Positions 63,448-64,000 of a stretch of DNA of 64,000 bases are shown piece by piece. The notes under the pieces are model-generated. The model was not told the origin of the DNA. It ran no database searches and saw only the letters and a program-made list of their open reading frames with translations. The stretch lies in the IMG/VR virus record IMGVR_UViG_3300012890_000005; one strand, 5' to 3'. How positions within the stretch are numbered: the first letter of the stretch is position 1; each line of letters starts with the position of its first letter. This stretch comes from a virus. A program made the translations under genes and the position numbers.

Positions 63448-64000
63448 ATGGTAGTATTATCAGCTACCAATGCAACGAATCGGTTCAACGCGCTCGAAGG
63501 ACAGGGAACCACGGGTGGAAATTGGTCTGTGCGCTCCGCTATTTCCTCTTCACCGGATCTGTCCTCAGGTAACCTCCAAGTCGAACAATTATTGACCGTT
63601 TTAGGACAATATGATGCCACCAATCTTGGGTATGGCAGTATCTCTACAAGAGGTGGAATTGATTGTGCCCTCAACTTTTACGGTGGTCAGAGCGCTACTT
63701 TTCTACAAAATATAAGTGCGGGACAAAACGGTAACTTTGGTAACAACGTTACACTCGGCAATCTGCTTTCCGCCTCCACTATCCATCTTTCTGGTATAGC
63801 AGTGGATGCACTATCCATACTAAATGGAGGACTGACCGCTTCCTCTATAACTTCGAATTCTCTCTTCACAGCCATGGGTTCTACCTCTTTACAAGGAACG
63901 ACTCAAGTCTCCGGCCCTTTCTCGATCATCACTAATACTGCGTCAACTACACCAAACTCGGGTTCTTGTTTAGTGACAGGAGGTGTTGGGGTTGGCGGAG
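63448..64000 (+). CDS. Fibre-like virion protein (3'-truncated by window)
   Basis: Open from ATG 63448 to the window end; G/S/T/N rich with STTPNSGSCLVTGGVGVGG and GSISTRGGI motifs typical of viral fibre repeats. Confidence 0.65.
   Translation, partial: MVVLSATNATNRFNALEGQGTTGGNWSVRSAISSSPDLSSGNLQVEQLLTVLGQYDATNLGYGSISTRGGIDCALNFYGGQSATFLQNISAGQNGNFGNNVTLGNLLSASTIHLSGIAVDALSILNGGLTASSITSNSLFTAMGSTSLQGTTQVSGPFSIITNTASTTPNSGSCLVTGGVGVGG

Noticed and set aside
376..63875. Numerous short antisense or nested ORFs in the track (e.g. 21850-22386, 27648-28223, 49560-50159, 57780-58166)
   Set aside because: They shadow longer motif-bearing genes and show no recognisable features.
1..64000. CRISPR arrays, tRNA or rRNA genes
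   Set aside because: No repeat-spacer array or recognisable structural RNA gene seen by eye; tRNAscan/Infernal were not run.

Overview
AT-rich, gene-dense segment that reads as a giant DNA virus (Nucleocytoviricota) or an integrated copy of one, probably associated with a eukaryote that has TTAGGG telomeres (a fungus or protist is my inference). Virus-type genes include a poxvirus A16/G9-like membrane protein, two AEP primase-D5 (SF3) helicases, an AEP primase-UL9-like SF2 helicase plus the tail of a second copy, two more SF2 helicases, thymidylate synthase, an HNH/AP2 endonuclease, two CE-clan proteases with a 2-cysteine-adaptor-like tail, and ankyrin, BTB, RING-CH, MYND, MscL-like, PLOD-type glycosyltransferase, fibre-like and Fanzor genes. 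No capsid protein or DNA polymerase lies in the window, so the family cannot be assigned. The most notable observation is two paralogous T5orf172/GIY-YIG-like proteins that each end in a C-terminal domain homologous to the C-terminus of a different co-resident primase-helicase, while each helicase gene has its own adjacent iteron-like array. Other observations: short spliceosomal GT-AG introns that rebuild helicase motifs, a CTGCAG element about 60-105 nt upstream of many starts, a (TTAGGG)3 scar at a truncated gene, signal peptides on normally intracellular proteins, and several pseudogenes and single-base frameshifts. All family calls come from motif recognition by eye; no database searches were run.
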